Shown: positions 32,690 through 34,417 of the stretch, piece after piece | Layout of the letters: the number at the start of each line of letters is the position of its first letter | How positions within the stretch are numbered: position 1 is the first letter of the stretch | From: Hydrurus foetidus | Taxonomy: Eukaryota | Length of the DNA: 34,417 bases | Reading direction: 5' to 3' | Assembly (NCBI GenBank): GCA_900617105.1 | Contig: UYFQ01000179.1 | Span: forward strand, 1-34,417 | Position numbers and translations under genes: made by a program | Notes under the pieces: model-generated | Databases searched by the model: none | Seen by the model: the letters and a program-made list of their open reading frames with translations, nothing else | What the model was told of the DNA's origin: nothing

Positions 32690-32899
32690 TGTGTGGCTCC
32701 CTCAAGGTCTGCTACCCCATTCAGCCGATTAGATGCTGTTTCCACCTTAGTACCTTCGTGTTCACAGCCACGACTATCAGTCACTAGCTAGTTTGTGCTG
32801 CTTTGCAGAAGTTACTAGCGTACCTCCTGTTTGCATCCCTAACTAACAAGTTCCTTTTAGCCTTTAGACTTCCCTTCTTTCTAGCCCTCAAAGGTCACA
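32690..32899 (+). repeat. 5' LTR of element 3 (~210 bp)
   Basis: TGTG..CACA termini; shares CCTCAAGGTC, AGAAGTTA..CTAGC and TAACTAAC..TAGCCTT blocks, in order, with the sense-strand LTR of element 1. Confidence 0.75.
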
Positions 32900-32910
32900 G
32901 TAGATCTACT
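32899..32910 (+). other. Palindromic PBS-position motif AGTAGATCTACT (element 3)
   Basis: Perfect 12-bp palindrome starting at the terminal A of ...TCACA. Confidence 0.8.
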
Positions 32911-32990
32911 TCCTTTAGTTTCTCTTCTTTAGACCCTATCCTCCTACTCTAAGCTACCATCCTCTATACTACCCTGCTGCCCTAACTCAC

Positions 32991-33339
32991 CCGATTACCT
33001 GCGTGGAGAATCTCGAATTTTATTCGAAATTCTCGTTTGCGAGCAATTCTTACTATCGCGAGCAAGTCTCCGAAGTCTGGTCGCCGTAAACTTAGTCACT
33101 CGGTTTCTCCCGATACTTGACTATTTTGTGGTTGCTTGAGTTTCATCTCAGCAATCCCATACCGATTACCTGCGTGGAGAATCTCGAATTTTATTCGACA
33201 TTCTCGTTTGCGAGCAATTCTTACTATCGCGAGCAAGTCTCCGAAGTCTGGTTGCCGTAAACTTAGTCACTCGGGTTGAGATTTCTCTCCCGATACTTGA
33301 CTGTCTTGTGGTTGCTTGAGTTTCATCTCAGCAAACCCA
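32991..33339 (+). repeat. ~171-bp tandem duplication in element 3 leader
   Basis: CCGATTACCTGCGTGGAGAATCTCG... at 32991 and 33162; the second copy has a 9-bp insertion. Confidence 0.93.
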
Positions 33340-33640
33340 AATTTTTGTGCAGAGTTAACTCCGTTAACTTCTGCCCATCTCTCGCCGCAAGCTTTGCTTG
33401 GCTGACGTCCGTGGATAGCTTTGCCTTCCACGCCGTTCTCGTGATTGGTCGAGCAAGTCTCCCAATCCCGACTTATTTTGTACGGATTGATTCACTCATC
33501 CGTCCAGAACCTGCTTGACTTATTGTGCTTCGTCTAATCGCCTGTTTGATTTTCATCCAAACGGCACGAGGCGAAGCCCTTGCAAAATTTTTTTGGCGAC
33601 CCCCGCTATTTAAAATTGTCAAGACATAAGTCATCTAACG

Positions 33641-34417
33641 ATGCCGTTATCCGATGACTCTTCGGAGATATCGCCGTCGCTCGCCGAATTAACCACTCAA
33701 GTAATTCCGGCAGCGACGACTGTTTCAAAAACTCAGTCGACACCAACACCGCCGACAGCAGTAGCTGCGTCTGATGGAACTGATCGACCGGTATTCCCAG
33801 TAACAATACTGGGACCTACCAACAGTTCCAATCAGGCGCCGCCTAATCGTCATAACGACGACAACGACGACGAAATTCAGACAACGCGACAATATGACAA
33901 TGTCACGTTGCGTTCGTCAGACGCAAATCGTCAGCAAACACGCCATAACGGCAACCCTGACCGGGATGACGACGACGACGATACCAACCCTCGTCGCCGT
34001 GTAGATTCACCCCCACAACGATATCTCCGTCGTCAGGGCCTCGACAGTTACGACAATTCAACTCGTCGGAATAACCTCGTCGACGGAGATGCAACGGGCG
34101 ACGACTCGCCCACTCACAATCAACAAAGTGGTAGCGAAGACGGTGGTGACGGTAATCGTTATGATAACCGTCAACGCCACGAGTCTAACCAACGTCAATA
34201 CAATGACGATAATCGAAACAACAACGATTATCGACGTTCTAATGATGACAATCAAGGTCACAACGACAATCGTCGTAACTACGATGACTCCAACCCTCCC
34301 AGGGACAACCCTCCCAGGGACAACCCTCCCAGGGACAACCGTAACACGGGCCCTTCATACGGTACGGAGCACCGTAACGACAACCGTTACGATAACGATG
34401 GACGTCAATATAGCGAT
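33641..34417 (+). CDS. Probable gag N-terminus of element 3 (259 codons, open to window end, N/D/R-rich)
   Basis: ATG at 33641 (MPLSDDSSEISP...) with no stop to 34417; absent from the ORF track because it is incomplete; positional equivalent of gag. Confidence 0.65.
   Translation, partial: MPLSDDSSEISPSLAELTTQVIPAATTVSKTQSTPTPPTAVAASDGTDRPVFPVTILGPTNSSNQAPPNRHNDDNDDEIQTTRQYDNVTLRSSDANRQQTRHNGNPDRDDDDDDTNPRRRVDSPPQRYLRRQGLDSYDNSTRRNNLVDGDATGDDSPTHNQQSGSEDGGDGNRYDNRQRHESNQRQYNDDNRNNNDYRRSNDDNQGHNDNRRNYDDSNPPRDNPPRDNPPRDNRNTGPSYGTEHRNDNRYDNDGRQYSD

Larger units (their letters stand above)
32690..34417 (+). mobile_element. 5' portion of Ty3/Gypsy element 3 (runs off window)
   Basis: LTR resembles the element 1 LTR, palindrome at PBS position, leader motif shared with element 1, open gag-position ORF from 33641. 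Confidence 0.8.

Overview
Intron-rich eukaryotic DNA; a stramenopile-like protist is my inference from gene content and intron style. The window holds three related Ty3/Gypsy LTR retrotransposons. Element 1 is full length (314-6954, minus): chromodomain-bearing, near-identical LTRs, 4-bp TSD, nested in a degenerate hAT transposase. Element 2 is a 3'-truncated gag-protease copy (~27885-30153, minus) abutting the start codon of a USE1-like SNARE gene. Element 3 is a 5' part only (32690-end, plus). Host genes reconstructed by hand: a 21-exon ~1305-aa VOC-like/DUF1769/PH/DUF547 protein (7930-18891), a 4-exon ~863-aa protein with Sfi1-like F-x-x-W motifs (20359-24100) and a 5-exon USE1-like Qc-SNARE (26509-27879, minus). 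Main signal: none of the three retroelements has a TGG-type tRNA primer-binding site. Each has instead a different perfect 12-bp palindrome starting exactly at the terminal A of the 5' LTR (AATAGCGCTATT, AATATCGATATT, AGTAGATCTACT), with compensatory changes. This points to tRNA-independent (self- or dimer-primed) reverse transcription. All domain calls are by motif recognition; no searches were run.
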